From NCBI GenBank assembly GCA_023268935.1, contig JALRKK010000047.1, positions 13,552 through 77,551 of the forward strand: a stretch of 64,000 nt of DNA, in the 5' to 3' direction. The position numbers were made by a program, and so were the translations under genes. Origin of the DNA: Glaciecola sp. (GTDB lineage: Bacteria > Pseudomonadota > Gammaproteobacteria > Enterobacterales > Alteromonadaceae). Of this stretch, positions 43,191 to 52,288 are shown piece after piece. The notes beneath the pieces were generated by a model. That model made no database searches, had not been told where the DNA came from, and worked only from the letters and a program-made list of their open reading frames with translations. Position 1 is the stretch's first letter, and every line of letters starts with the position of its first letter.

Positions 43191-44470
43191 TCATTTGTTA
43201 CTGGTGGGTTATAAAAAAGTGGGATTACCCTAACGGTTTCAATCATATTTTCTGACCAATCAACAATCTCGACAGGGTAGCCGTTTATTCTAAGAGATAA
43301 GCGATGCTCAGGTAAAGTTTGCAGGATCTCAAGGATCAAACCATTCATTGTTTTTGGCCCATCGGTCGGGAATGACCATCCCATTTCCTTGTTCAAATCT
43401 CGCAAGTTAGTACTACCATCTACCAAGATGCTGCCATCTTGCTGTTTGTTCGTTTGTTTATGATGGTCCGGCACCATGTTAGTGGTAAAGTCACCGATGA
43501 TTTCTTCCAGGATATCTTCAAGTGTTACCAGACCTTGAATATCCCCATATTCATCAACCACTAAGCCAATGCGTTCACGCTCGGCTTGGAATTTGTACAT
43601 TAGCTTGTGTAAAGGCGTTGAATCCGGTGTGTAATAGATCTCTCTTACTGCGCGTAAAAGGGTCGCTTTACTAAATTGTTCCTTAGACAGCAGTCTAAGC
43701 GCATCACGGACGTGAATAAAACCAACGGCATCATCTATGGTATCCCGGTAGAGTAGCACTCTGGTGTGATTTGCATAGGTTAATTGCTTGGCAATATCTT
43801 TCCACTCATCGTTGATATCAATTGCAAAGATATCATTGCGCGGCACCATGATGTCTTCTGCTGTTACATGTTCTAATTCCAGAATACTCAATAGCATGTC
43901 TTGGTGTTTTTTGGGGATTAAATTCCCCGCTTCATACACGACGGTTCTCAGTTCTTCCGTACTCAGTTCGTCCCCTGATGCATTGGTTGGATTGATCTTA
44001 AAAATCGCCAAAATACCATTAGTGATCCCGTTTACAACCATCACAAATGGAAACAGCAAATACATTAAAGGTTTGAGTAAAAAAGAAGATGGAAAGGCGA
44101 TTTTTTCAGGATATAAGGCTGCCAGTGTTTTTGGCGTGACTTCAGCAAAAACCAATACAATTAAAGTTAAAGCAAAGGTCGCGATAGCAATCCCTACATC
44201 ACCGAATAAACGCAAACCGATTACCGTTGCTATCGCTGAAGCAGCAATATTGACAAGGTTATTACCAATCAAAATTAAACCAATTAATCGGTCTGGGCGA
44301 TCTAACAAAGTTTGTACGCGTTTCGCGGTGCGATGACCTTCATTAGTAAGGTGCTTCAAACGGTAGCGATTGAGCGACATCATGCCAGTTTCAGAACTGG
44401 AAAAATACGCCGAACACAAAATTAATAAACCAAGAATAATGAATAAAGTACTGGTTGCGATACTGTCCAA
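43187..44470 (-). CDS. HlyC/CorC (CNNM) family transporter, YfjD-like
   Basis: FSSSETGMM, EVTPKTLA, CBS pair (VVDEYG), CorC domain. Confidence 0.9.
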   Translation of the reverse strand: MDSIATSTLFIILGLLILCSAYFSSSETGMMSLNRYRLKHLTNEGHRTAKRVQTLLDRPDRLIGLILIGNNLVNIAASAIATVIGLRLFGDVGIAIATFALTLIVLVFAEVTPKTLAALYPEKIAFPSSFLLKPLMYLLFPFVMVVNGITNGILAIFKINPTNASGDELSTEELRTVVYEAGNLIPKKHQDMLLSILELEHVTAEDIMVPRNDIFAIDINDEWKDIAKQLTYANHTRVLLYRDTIDDAVGFIHVRDALRLLSKEQFSKATLLRAVREIYYTPDSTPLHKLMYKFQAERERIGLVVDEYGDIQGLVTLEDILEEIIGDFTTNMVPDHHKQTNKQQDGSILVDGSTNLRDLNKEMGWSFPTDGPKTMNGLILEILQTLPEHRLSLRINGYPVEIVDWSENMIETVRVIPLFYNPPVTND

Positions 44471-44482
44471 AAAAGCAAGCCT

Positions 44483-45280
44483 CTACAAAAGAAATTCACG
44501 AACAAAACGACTGCCAAAGTATCCGATTGTCAATAATATGACCCCGATAGCCGTCAGAGTAGTCAGGTGTTTGGTACTCAAGCCGATGCGAGTATGTAAG
44601 ACCAATGCGGTGAAAAATACCATTAATGCAATCAAACTCAACACGGTCTTGTGAGCATGTTGTTGGGTAAGCATCGAGGTCGATGTCGCAAATCCTGAAA
44701 ATAGGGCAAATGCTAATAAAATACTGCCTAATCCAATGAGGCGATAGACCCAGGTTTCAACTTGTAGCAGAGGGGGAAGGCCACTTAAAGACAGTGCTTT
44801 GCTTTTGAGCTGTTTGTGGATAAAGCGCATTTGATAGGCATATAAAAGTGCGACCACAACACAGCCATAAGCAGTTAAAGACAATACAATATGCAAAATA
44901 GAGCCTGCTGTCAGTGTGCCTATGATAGGTTGAGTATTGGGTAGTAACAGCATGAGTAGCGCACACAAAGCTCCAAACCCAAGGGTCACGGGCAGAAGAG
45001 TTAAATTGCCTAATAATCTACCAACGACAAGCAAAACCACGACCATACACCAGGCTAGCAAGTTAGCAATATTGATCATGCTCAAGTTTGCTTCACTTGG
45101 ATGAAATAAAATTGTGTTTAAGAGGTATCCGTGAGCGCTTAAGGCGATAAAGATGAGACTGTATATGATGCCGGATTGGATAGGCCGTGGATGTGATTTG
45201 ACTGACATTGTCTTTTGCGCATACATAATAGCGCCTGCAGCATAAGCTAGCGCAGTACACAGCAATAAAATACTGGTCAT
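44483..45280 (-). CDS. YpjD-like cytochrome c assembly family inner membrane protein
   Basis: HIVLSLTAY, LPPL, HKTVLS, GYFGSRFV; divergent from ffh; start set at ATG 45280. Confidence 0.85.
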   Translation of the reverse strand: MTSILLLCTALAYAAGAIMYAQKTMSVKSHPRPIQSGIIYSLIFIALSAHGYLLNTILFHPSEANLSMINIANLLAWCMVVVLLVVGRLLGNLTLLPVTLGFGALCALLMLLLPNTQPIIGTLTAGSILHIVLSLTAYGCVVVALLYAYQMRFIHKQLKSKALSLSGLPPLLQVETWVYRLIGLGSILLAFALFSGFATSTSMLTQQHAHKTVLSLIALMVFFTALVLHTRIGLSTKHLTTLTAIGVILLTIGYFGSRFVREFLL

Positions 45281-45445
45281 AACATCCTCAAAAAGGGCTT
45301 CACAATCAAGTGTTGAGCTTGCATGCCAACAAAAAAGCCACATTAATAATAATAATACAGTAATATACCTTAACTTGTCGTTAGGTAAAACGGTATAATA
45401 CACTTAATTTTATAATTTAATTGAAGCACAGAGCAAGGTGGCGCA

Positions 45446-46888
45446 ATGTTTGAGAGTTTGAGCGAACGCTTATCCAGTACGTTGAAAAATATCAGCGGCA
45501 AAGGACGATTGACCGAAGAGAATATCAAAGACACGTTGCGCGAAGTGCGCATGGCGTTGCTTGAAGCGGATGTCGCGTTGCCCGTGGTACGTGACTTCAT
45601 AAAACAAGTCAAAGAGCGAGCGGTTGGGGTCGAAGTTAGCAAGTCTTTGCAACCCGGTCAGCAGTTTATCAAAATCGTCCAGGCTGAACTTGAAGCAGTC
45701 ATGGGGAGCACCAACGAAGGGCTTAATTTAGCTTGTCAACCACCAGCCGTCGTTCTGATGGCAGGTTTGCAAGGTGCAGGTAAAACCACTACTGTTGGCA
45801 AGTTAGCCAAATTACTCAAGGAGCGAGAAAAGAAAAAAGTCATGGTGGTCAGTGCTGACGTCTATCGTCCGGCGGCAATAGAACAGCTCAAGACTCTAGC
45901 GAATGATGTAGATGTGGAGTTTTTTCCCTCCAACATCATGCAAAAACCGATTGATATTGTCGAAAGTGCTATTAACCAAGCTAAAACCCAGTTTGTCGAT
46001 GTGCTTCTTGTCGATACTGCAGGTCGTCTCGCCGTTGATGAAGCTATGATGGGTGAGATTCAAGCGTTACACAAAGCAGTGAAGCCGATTGAAACGTTAT
46101 TTGTGGTCGATGCAATGACCGGTCAAGATGCTGCGAATACGGCAAAAGCATTTAATGAAGCGTTGCCTCTTACTGGCGTTGTGTTAACTAAGGCCGACGG
46201 TGATGCGCGTGGCGGTGCAGCCTTGTCTGTACGTCATATTACGGGTAAACCAATCAAATTTATTGGTATGGGTGAAAAACTCGATGCATTGGAGCCTTTC
46301 CATCCTGAGCGTTTGGCATCGCGTATCTTAGGAATGGGCGATGTACTGTCGCTAATCGAAGAAGTCGAGCGCAAGGTTGACAAAAACAAGGCGGCGAAAC
46401 TTGCGCAAAAAGTGCAAAAAGGCAACGGTTTTGATTTGCAAGATTTTAAAGAACAACTAGAACAAATGCGCAACATGGGTGGCATGATGGGCTTGCTAGA
46501 TAAAATGCCGGGCATGGGCAATATGTCCGCACAAATCAAAGACAAAGCTGGTGATAAGCAATTCAATCAGTTTGAGGCCATTATTAATTCAATGACTCCG
46601 GCGGAGCGGGCGCGTCCAGAGATCATCAAAGGCTCACGCAAAAAACGCATCGCCGCAGGCTCTGGCACACAAGTCCAAGACATTAACCGCTTATTGAAAC
46701 AGTTTACGCAAATGCAGAAGATGATGAAAAAAATGTCCGGCGGTGGAATGTCGAAGATGATGAAGAAGATGAAAGGCATGATGCCTCCTGGAATGGGCGG
46801 CATGGGTGGACCAGGCGGCCCAAGTGGTTTGGGCGGATTAGGTGGTCCTGGTGGACTGGGGGGCATGTTCCCACCGAAGCGCAAGTAA
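45446..46888 (+). CDS. ffh: Signal recognition particle protein
   Basis: GLQGAGKTT, DTAGR, TKADG, Met-rich M domain. Confidence 0.99.
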   Translation: MFESLSERLSSTLKNISGKGRLTEENIKDTLREVRMALLEADVALPVVRDFIKQVKERAVGVEVSKSLQPGQQFIKIVQAELEAVMGSTNEGLNLACQPPAVVLMAGLQGAGKTTTVGKLAKLLKEREKKKVMVVSADVYRPAAIEQLKTLANDVDVEFFPSNIMQKPIDIVESAINQAKTQFVDVLLVDTAGRLAVDEAMMGEIQALHKAVKPIETLFVVDAMTGQDAANTAKAFNEALPLTGVVLTKADGDARGGAALSVRHITGKPIKFIGMGEKLDALEPFHPERLASRILGMGDVLSLIEEVERKVDKNKAAKLAQKVQKGNGFDLQDFKEQLEQMRNMGGMMGLLDKMPGMGNMSAQIKDKAGDKQFNQFEAIINSMTPAERARPEIIKGSRKKRIAAGSGTQVQDINRLLKQFTQMQKMMKKMSGGGMSKMMKKMKGMMPPGMGGMGGPGGPSGLGGLGGPGGLGGMFPPKRK

Positions 46889-46912
46889 TCAATCTTTACA
46901 TACAATAAATAC

Positions 46913-46941
46913 AAAAGGGTGGCGTTTGGCTGCCCTTTTTT
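46913..46941 (+). terminator. Intrinsic terminator after ffh
   Basis: AAAAGGGTGGC-GTTTG-GCTGCCCTTTTTT. Confidence 0.8.
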
Positions 46942-46977
46942 ATGCATTCTGACGAATATCTGCATCAAACTATTCCT

Positions 46978-47006
46978 TTGCTTTGTGTTAAAAACCTGCG
47001 TATAAT
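46978..47006 (+). promoter_or_regulatory. sigma70 promoter of the rpsP operon
   Basis: TTGCTT-17 bp-TATAAT. Confidence 0.7.
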
Positions 47007-47100
47007 ATGCCGTCCCGTGAATTGGGCTTTGCCTAAAAGCAAATTGTTCAGAGCATGGGATATTTGTTAACAGTAACGCGACAACGAGTTTGAGGCATTT

Positions 47101-47352
47101 ATGGTTACTATTCGTTTACAGCGTGGTGGCGCTAAAAAGCGTCCCTTTTATCAAGTAGTTGTGGCTGATTCACGTCGCGCACGCAACGGCAAGTTCATTG
47201 AAAACGTTGGATTTTTCAATCCTACAGCAACAGGTCAATCAGAGCGTTTACGCTTAGACCTAGAGCGTGTTGAATACTGGACTGGCGTTGGCGCAAGTTT
47301 GTCAGAGCGCGTCACTAGCTTGGTAAAAGAAGCTAAAAAAGCAGCGGCTTAA
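47101..47352 (+). CDS. rpsP: 30S ribosomal protein S16
   Basis: [17 protein letters not shown]. Confidence 0.99.
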   Translation: MVTIRLQRGGAKKRPFYQVVVADSRRARNGKFIENVGFFNPTATGQSERLRLDLERVEYWTGVGASLSERVTSLVKEAKKAAA

Positions 47353-47386
47353 TCACAGATTTTGCAACTGAATTATGAGGGTATAG

Positions 47387-47905
47387 ATGAGTTTAGCATC
47401 TGAAACGGTGGTCATTGGCAAAATCGGCGCTCCTTACGGAGTCAAAGGTTGGGTCAAAATCAACAGCTATACCCAAGAAGGCCAAGACATTTTTACTTAT
47501 TCACCTTGGTTGGTGGGCGAGCAGAAAGTTGAGGTCGGTCAATGGCGCATGCACAACAAAAGTATGGTCGCTAAGTTAGACGGGATTGATACTCGAGATG
47601 ATGCTGAACGCATCAAAAATCTCGAAATCTCAATCACTGCTGAGCAGTTACCGGCACTGAGCGATGATGAGTTTTATTGGCGTGAGTTGATTGGAATGAG
47701 TGTGGTCACTGTGCAGGGATACAATCTAGGCACAGTGAAAGACGTGTTTGCCACTGGTGCAAATGATGTCCTACAGGTCAAAGCCAATCTTAACGATGCA
47801 TTTGGCCAAAAAGAAAGGTTATTACCCGTGTTATTCGACCAAGTGATTACTGAAGTCGAGCGCACAACAGGTACTATTACAGTCGATTGGGATCCTGCAT
47901 TTTAA
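47387..47905 (+). CDS. rimM: Ribosome maturation factor RimM
   Basis: [33 protein letters not shown]. Confidence 0.97.
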   Translation: MSLASETVVIGKIGAPYGVKGWVKINSYTQEGQDIFTYSPWLVGEQKVEVGQWRMHNKSMVAKLDGIDTRDDAERIKNLEISITAEQLPALSDDEFYWRELIGMSVVTVQGYNLGTVKDVFATGANDVLQVKANLNDAFGQKERLLPVLFDQVITEVERTTGTITVDWDPAF

Positions 47906-48696
47906 TGTCTGGTTCAGACACGAGTGGACTTGCTCAGCAAGCACTTCGCATTAGCGTCGTGACACTCTTTCCAGAAATGTTTTCTGGATATCTGAGTCAA
48001 GGTGTCGTAGGTCGAGCAATACGTTCTGGGTTATTACAAGTAGATTTCTATAATCCTAGAGATTTCACCCATGATCGCCATCGCACTGTAGATGATCGTC
48101 CCTATGGTGGCGGTCCAGGTATGCTGATGATGGTACAACCTTTAGCAGATGCAATCACTGCAGCCAAAGCGGCCGCAGCGGATCAACATATTGTGGTGTA
48201 CTTATCACCACAGGGAGAAACGCTATCGCATCAAGGTGCGGTGTCGTTTAGCCAGCAAAGCCATTTGATATTAGTGGCTGGGCGGTACGAAGGCATAGAT
48301 GAACGCATTATCGAAGAATACATCGATTGCGAAATATCTATCGGCGATTATGTATTAAGCGGAGGCGAATTACCGGCTCTGGTTATGATTGACGCCGTTG
48401 CTCGTTTTGTACCAGGTGTGTTGGGACATACTGATTCTGCTCTGGAAGATTCTTTTAGCAGCGGTTTATTGGATTGCCCACATTACACGCGCCCCGAAGT
48501 GCTAGATGGCAAGGCGGTCCCTGAGGTGTTACTAAGTGGTAATCACCAAAAAATTAGGCAGTGGCGTTTAACGCAATCGTTATTAAGAACGAAACAGCGA
48601 CGCCCTGATTTATTAAACAAGCTAGCTCTGACTGAGGAGCAACGCACGATTCTCGCGCAACTTGAGCGCGATGCGTTGCAGCAAGATGACAGTTAA
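47905..48696 (+). CDS. trmD: tRNA (guanine37-N1)-methyltransferase
   Basis: [32 protein letters not shown]; ATG 47905 overlaps the rimM stop. Confidence 0.98.
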   Translation: MSGSDTSGLAQQALRISVVTLFPEMFSGYLSQGVVGRAIRSGLLQVDFYNPRDFTHDRHRTVDDRPYGGGPGMLMMVQPLADAITAAKAAAADQHIVVYLSPQGETLSHQGAVSFSQQSHLILVAGRYEGIDERIIEEYIDCEISIGDYVLSGGELPALVMIDAVARFVPGVLGHTDSALEDSFSSGLLDCPHYTRPEVLDGKAVPEVLLSGNHQKIRQWRLTQSLLRTKQRRPDLLNKLALTEEQRTILAQLERDALQQDDS

Positions 48697-48712
48697 CTAG
48701 ATAACGAGGTAT

Positions 48713-49075
48713 ATGATGAGTAAAGTCAATCAAGATATCATCAAAAAAATTGAGCAAGCACAGCTCAAGACAGACGTCCCGGCATTTGGTCCAGGTGACA
48801 CTGTTGTGGTTAAAGTTCGTGTAAAAGAAGGCGATAAAGAGCGTCTTCAGGCATATGAAGGTGTTGTTATCGCTAAGCGTAACCGTGGCCTACATTCAGC
48901 TTTTACCGTACGTAAGATTTCTTCAGGCGAAGGTGTTGAACGTGTTTTCCAAACACACAGCCCAGCGATTGCTGAGATTGAAGTGAAGCGTCGTGGTGCT
49001 GTTCGTCGTGCGAAGTTGTATTACTTACGCGAGCGTTCAGGTAAATCTGCACGTATTAAAGAAAAGCTTAATTAA
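48713..49075 (+). CDS. rplS: 50S ribosomal protein L19
   Basis: [24 protein letters not shown]. Confidence 0.99.
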   Translation: MMSKVNQDIIKKIEQAQLKTDVPAFGPGDTVVVKVRVKEGDKERLQAYEGVVIAKRNRGLHSAFTVRKISSGEGVERVFQTHSPAIAEIEVKRRGAVRRAKLYYLRERSGKSARIKEKLN

Positions 49076-49107
49076 TTTTAATTTTCGCGATTACGTTAAC
49101 AAATATG

Positions 49108-49142
49108 AAAACCCCGTCCCAGTGACGGGGTTTTTGTTTTTT
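49108..49142 (+). terminator. Intrinsic terminator after rplS
   Basis: AAAACCCCGTC-CCAGT-GACGGGGTTTTT. Confidence 0.85.
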
Positions 49143-49320
49143 GCTGCCAAATAACATCATCACCGCGTCAATAATCTGACAGTCCAAAGAACTGCCACGA
49201 GTAAAATGTAAAAATTTTGACATTCCAATAGATATTTCTATTTCATCCCATAACCTTTTCAAGCCCCGTTGAGCTAATAAAAACTCACTCATCCCCCTTA
49301 TTTTTCGTTATTTTCATTTT

Positions 49321-49336
49321 TGGTACAAAATTTGCT
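49321..49336 (+). promoter_or_regulatory. sigma54 (-24/-12) promoter upstream of the fliA-like gene
   Basis: TGGTAC-AAAAT-TTGCT with correct GG/GC spacing. Confidence 0.65.
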
Positions 49337-49444
49337 GTTTTCATAAAGCTTGCATAGGAGATGTTTGCAAAACACGCTCGATACACAGGAAGGTATCGGC
49401 AACAATGAAACGATAATTAAAATATTATGGAGACAATGTAAGAT

Positions 49445-50221
49445 ATGGATAATCATGCATTAATAAATAACCATACTCACTCCAGTCGCTCGGCACATAT
49501 ATCGAATGCCTTTCAACAAATGGGGGAGACCGATATTGTGAATAAGTACTCTACGCTAGTAAAGCGTATTTCACACCATTTGATGGCGCGTTTACCCCCA
49601 TCAGTACAGGTGGATGATCTCATCCAATCCGGTATGATTGGTTTGCTCGAAGCCGCTAACAATTTTGATGGCAGCAAGGGGGCAAGCTTTGAGACATTCG
49701 CTGGGATCCGAATTCGCGGGGCGATGCTAGATGAAATAAGAAAGGGCGATTGGACACCGCGTTCAGTTCACAAAAATTCTCGTTCTATTGCCGAGGCGGT
49801 TGCAACCGTTGAAAAAGAAACCGGTCATGATGCAAAAGACGTTGATGTGGCGCATAAATTGGGTGTGCCTTTAGCGCAATATCATCAAATGCTTTACAAC
49901 GTGAATGTTGGAAAATTAGTGGGGCTTGAAGATCTTGGCGTCACTGAAGACGTTATTGTGACGGATAAGAACAAAAGGATAGACACACCTTATGATGAAC
50001 TGGTGCAGGGGTCATTTCAAAAAGCGCTTGCAAAAGCGATTACTACACTACCCGAGCGTGATGCGACAGTGCTCTCACTGTATTATGACGAAGATTTGAA
50101 ATTACGAGAAATAGGTGAAGTCATGAAGGTCAGCGAATCTCGAGTCAGTCAAATTCATAGTCAAGCAGTGCAAAAATTAAAAACAAAGTTAGGCAGTTGG
50201 CAAACTGAAGAAGCCGTTTAG
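49445..50221 (+). CDS. fliA: RNA polymerase sigma-28 factor, FliA-like (stand-alone)
   Basis: LVKRISHHLMARLPPSVQVDDLIQSGMIGLLEA, IRIRGAMLDEIR, SESRVSQIHSQA. Confidence 0.9.
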   Translation: MDNHALINNHTHSSRSAHISNAFQQMGETDIVNKYSTLVKRISHHLMARLPPSVQVDDLIQSGMIGLLEAANNFDGSKGASFETFAGIRIRGAMLDEIRKGDWTPRSVHKNSRSIAEAVATVEKETGHDAKDVDVAHKLGVPLAQYHQMLYNVNVGKLVGLEDLGVTEDVIVTDKNKRIDTPYDELVQGSFQKALAKAITTLPERDATVLSLYYDEDLKLREIGEVMKVSESRVSQIHSQAVQKLKTKLGSWQTEEAV

Positions 50222-50235
50222 ACGTCTAGACGTAA
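50212..50235. promoter_or_regulatory. Three tandem MetJ boxes
   Basis: AGCCGTTT-AGACGTCT-AGACGTAA (consensus AGACGTCT), just before a TTGACA at 50241 upstream of metA. Confidence 0.85.
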
Positions 50236-50296
50236 ATAATTTGACATTTTATCAAAATCCGACACAATACACACATGTAACGTGTAAGGATGTGTC

Positions 50297-51238
50297 ATGC
50301 CGATTAGGATCCCTAGTGAACTGCCCGCATTAGAAATACTTTCAAACGAAAATATTTTCGTCATGGATATGCAACGTGCCATGACACAGGACATTCGTCC
50401 TATGCAAGTTGGGATCTTAAATCTCATGCCCAACAAAATAGAAACCGAAGTGCAAATACTGCGCTTGCTTTCAAATACGCCTCTGCAAATCAATATTGAT
50501 TTAATTCGAATCGATAACAGTGTGTCCAAAAACACGCCGCAATCTCACATGGATGCGTTTTACAAAGATTTTTCATCTATTTCGAATAAGCAATATGACG
50601 GTTTAATTATTACCGGCGCTCCGTTAGGCTTTATGGATTATGAAGCGGTGACGTATTGGGATGACATTACCGCCATTTTTGATTGGGCACAAACCAATGT
50701 TCAGTCGACTTTGTATTTGTGCTGGGCGGCACATGCCGCGATGTATCATTTTCACGGAGTGGTGCGTGATATTCGTGCACAAAAACTTTCAGGTGTGTTT
50801 GAACATCAAGTCTTAGCGCCCACGAATGAGCTGATGCGCGGTTTTGATCCCGTATTTTGGGCTCCACATTCGCGCTTTGGGGATATTCCAGTTGAGACAT
50901 ATTCCAACACTGCGAATATTCAAGTGCTCGCAGCCTCAGATGTCGCAGGCGCATATATCTGTGCAACCGAGGACAAACGCAATGTGTTCATTACCGGTCA
51001 TCCAGAATACGATTGGGATACATTAGCGCAAGAATATGCCCGCGATTTGGCAAATGGCAGTGAAGCGGGAAAACCGCCACAGGTGCCAATGAATTATTTT
51101 GTTGATGATGATCCTGAACATGCGCCTATTGTCCGATGGCGTTCGCATGGCACTCTACTTTACACTAATTGGCTTAATTACTATGTGTATCAAACCACTC
51201 CTTATGATTTGACACAACTCGCAACTGGCAAGAGATAA
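50297..51238 (+). CDS. metA: Homoserine O-succinyltransferase
   Basis: [14 protein letters not shown] (Gly at the specificity position, as in succinyltransferases), CWAA, GHPEY. Confidence 0.96.
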   Translation: MPIRIPSELPALEILSNENIFVMDMQRAMTQDIRPMQVGILNLMPNKIETEVQILRLLSNTPLQINIDLIRIDNSVSKNTPQSHMDAFYKDFSSISNKQYDGLIITGAPLGFMDYEAVTYWDDITAIFDWAQTNVQSTLYLCWAAHAAMYHFHGVVRDIRAQKLSGVFEHQVLAPTNELMRGFDPVFWAPHSRFGDIPVETYSNTANIQVLAASDVAGAYICATEDKRNVFITGHPEYDWDTLAQEYARDLANGSEAGKPPQVPMNYFVDDDPEHAPIVRWRSHGTLLYTNWLNYYVYQTTPYDLTQLATGKR

Positions 51239-51242
51239 CCGC

Positions 51243-52280
51243 GTGAAGCATACCTTATTAACGCTCGCACAAGAGCGTATTTTATTGTTGGACGGTGCCA
51301 TGGGCACTATGATCCAAGCCTTAAAGTTTGACGAAAATGATTATCGCGGAGAGCGATTCGCCGATTGGCATTGTGATGTTAAAGGCAATAATGATCTGCT
51401 CGTGTTGACTCAACCTGAGGCGATTGCAACGATTCATAAAGAGTATTTGGCAGCAGGTAGCGATATCATTGAAACCAATACATTTAATGCAACAACAATT
51501 GCCATGGCTGATTACGATATGCAAGATGTTGCCTACGAAATAAATGTTGCGGCAGCGCGGATCGCAAAAGCCGCTTGTGCGGAATATTCAACACCAGAAA
51601 AACCTCGTTTTGTTGCTGGTGTACTTGGCCCGACAAACCGCACGGCATCCATTTCTCCAGATGTGAATGACCCAGGAAAACGCAATGTCACCTTTAACGA
51701 ATTAGTTGACGCCTACGAATCTGCGACCAAAGGTTTGCTTGAAGGTGGAGCGGATCTGATTATGTTGGAAACGATATTTGATACACTCAATGCCAAAGCC
51801 GCAGCGTTCGCGGTCGAAAACGTCTTCGCCGAGTTAGGACAATCTGTGCCCGTACTGGTTTCAGGCACAATTACTGACGCATCAGGACGTACTTTATCGG
51901 GGCAAACCACAGAAGCGTTTTATAATTCGATGCGGCATATTCAGCCGATTGCGTTCGGACTAAATTGTGCTTTGGGGCCAGATGCATTGCGTGCGTATGT
52001 GGCGGAACTGTCCAACGTCTGTGAGGGGTTAGTCTCTGCTCATCCCAATGCAGGCTTGCCCAATGAATTCGGTGAGTATGACATGGACGCTGTTGAGATG
52101 GCACAACATATCGAAGAATGGGCCAGCAGTGGGTTGGTGAATATTGTTGGTGGCTGTTGCGGTTCAACTCCTGAGCATATTGCTACGATGGCCAAGGTGG
52201 TTGCAGATAAAGCGCCACGTATTATCCCAGATCTTCCGGTTAAGATGCGCTTATCCGGTCTTGAACCGTTTACTCATTAG
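51243..52280 (+). CDS. metH: Methionine synthase, N-terminal homocysteine-binding module (split MetH)
   Basis: [22 protein letters not shown]; ends [10 protein letters not shown]. Confidence 0.92.
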   Translation: MKHTLLTLAQERILLLDGAMGTMIQALKFDENDYRGERFADWHCDVKGNNDLLVLTQPEAIATIHKEYLAAGSDIIETNTFNATTIAMADYDMQDVAYEINVAAARIAKAACAEYSTPEKPRFVAGVLGPTNRTASISPDVNDPGKRNVTFNELVDAYESATKGLLEGGADLIMLETIFDTLNAKAAAFAVENVFAELGQSVPVLVSGTITDASGRTLSGQTTEAFYNSMRHIQPIAFGLNCALGPDALRAYVAELSNVCEGLVSAHPNAGLPNEFGEYDMDAVEMAQHIEEWASSGLVNIVGGCCGSTPEHIATMAKVVADKAPRIIPDLPVKMRLSGLEPFTH

Positions 52281-52288
52281 GGGGCGTC

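Noticed and set aside
49361-49408. 15-codon uORF (MFAKHARYTGRYRQQ) upstream of fliA, as a leader or RiPP precursor
   Set aside because: AGGAG abuts the ATG with no spacer, and the peptide is too short and unlike a leader-core precursor
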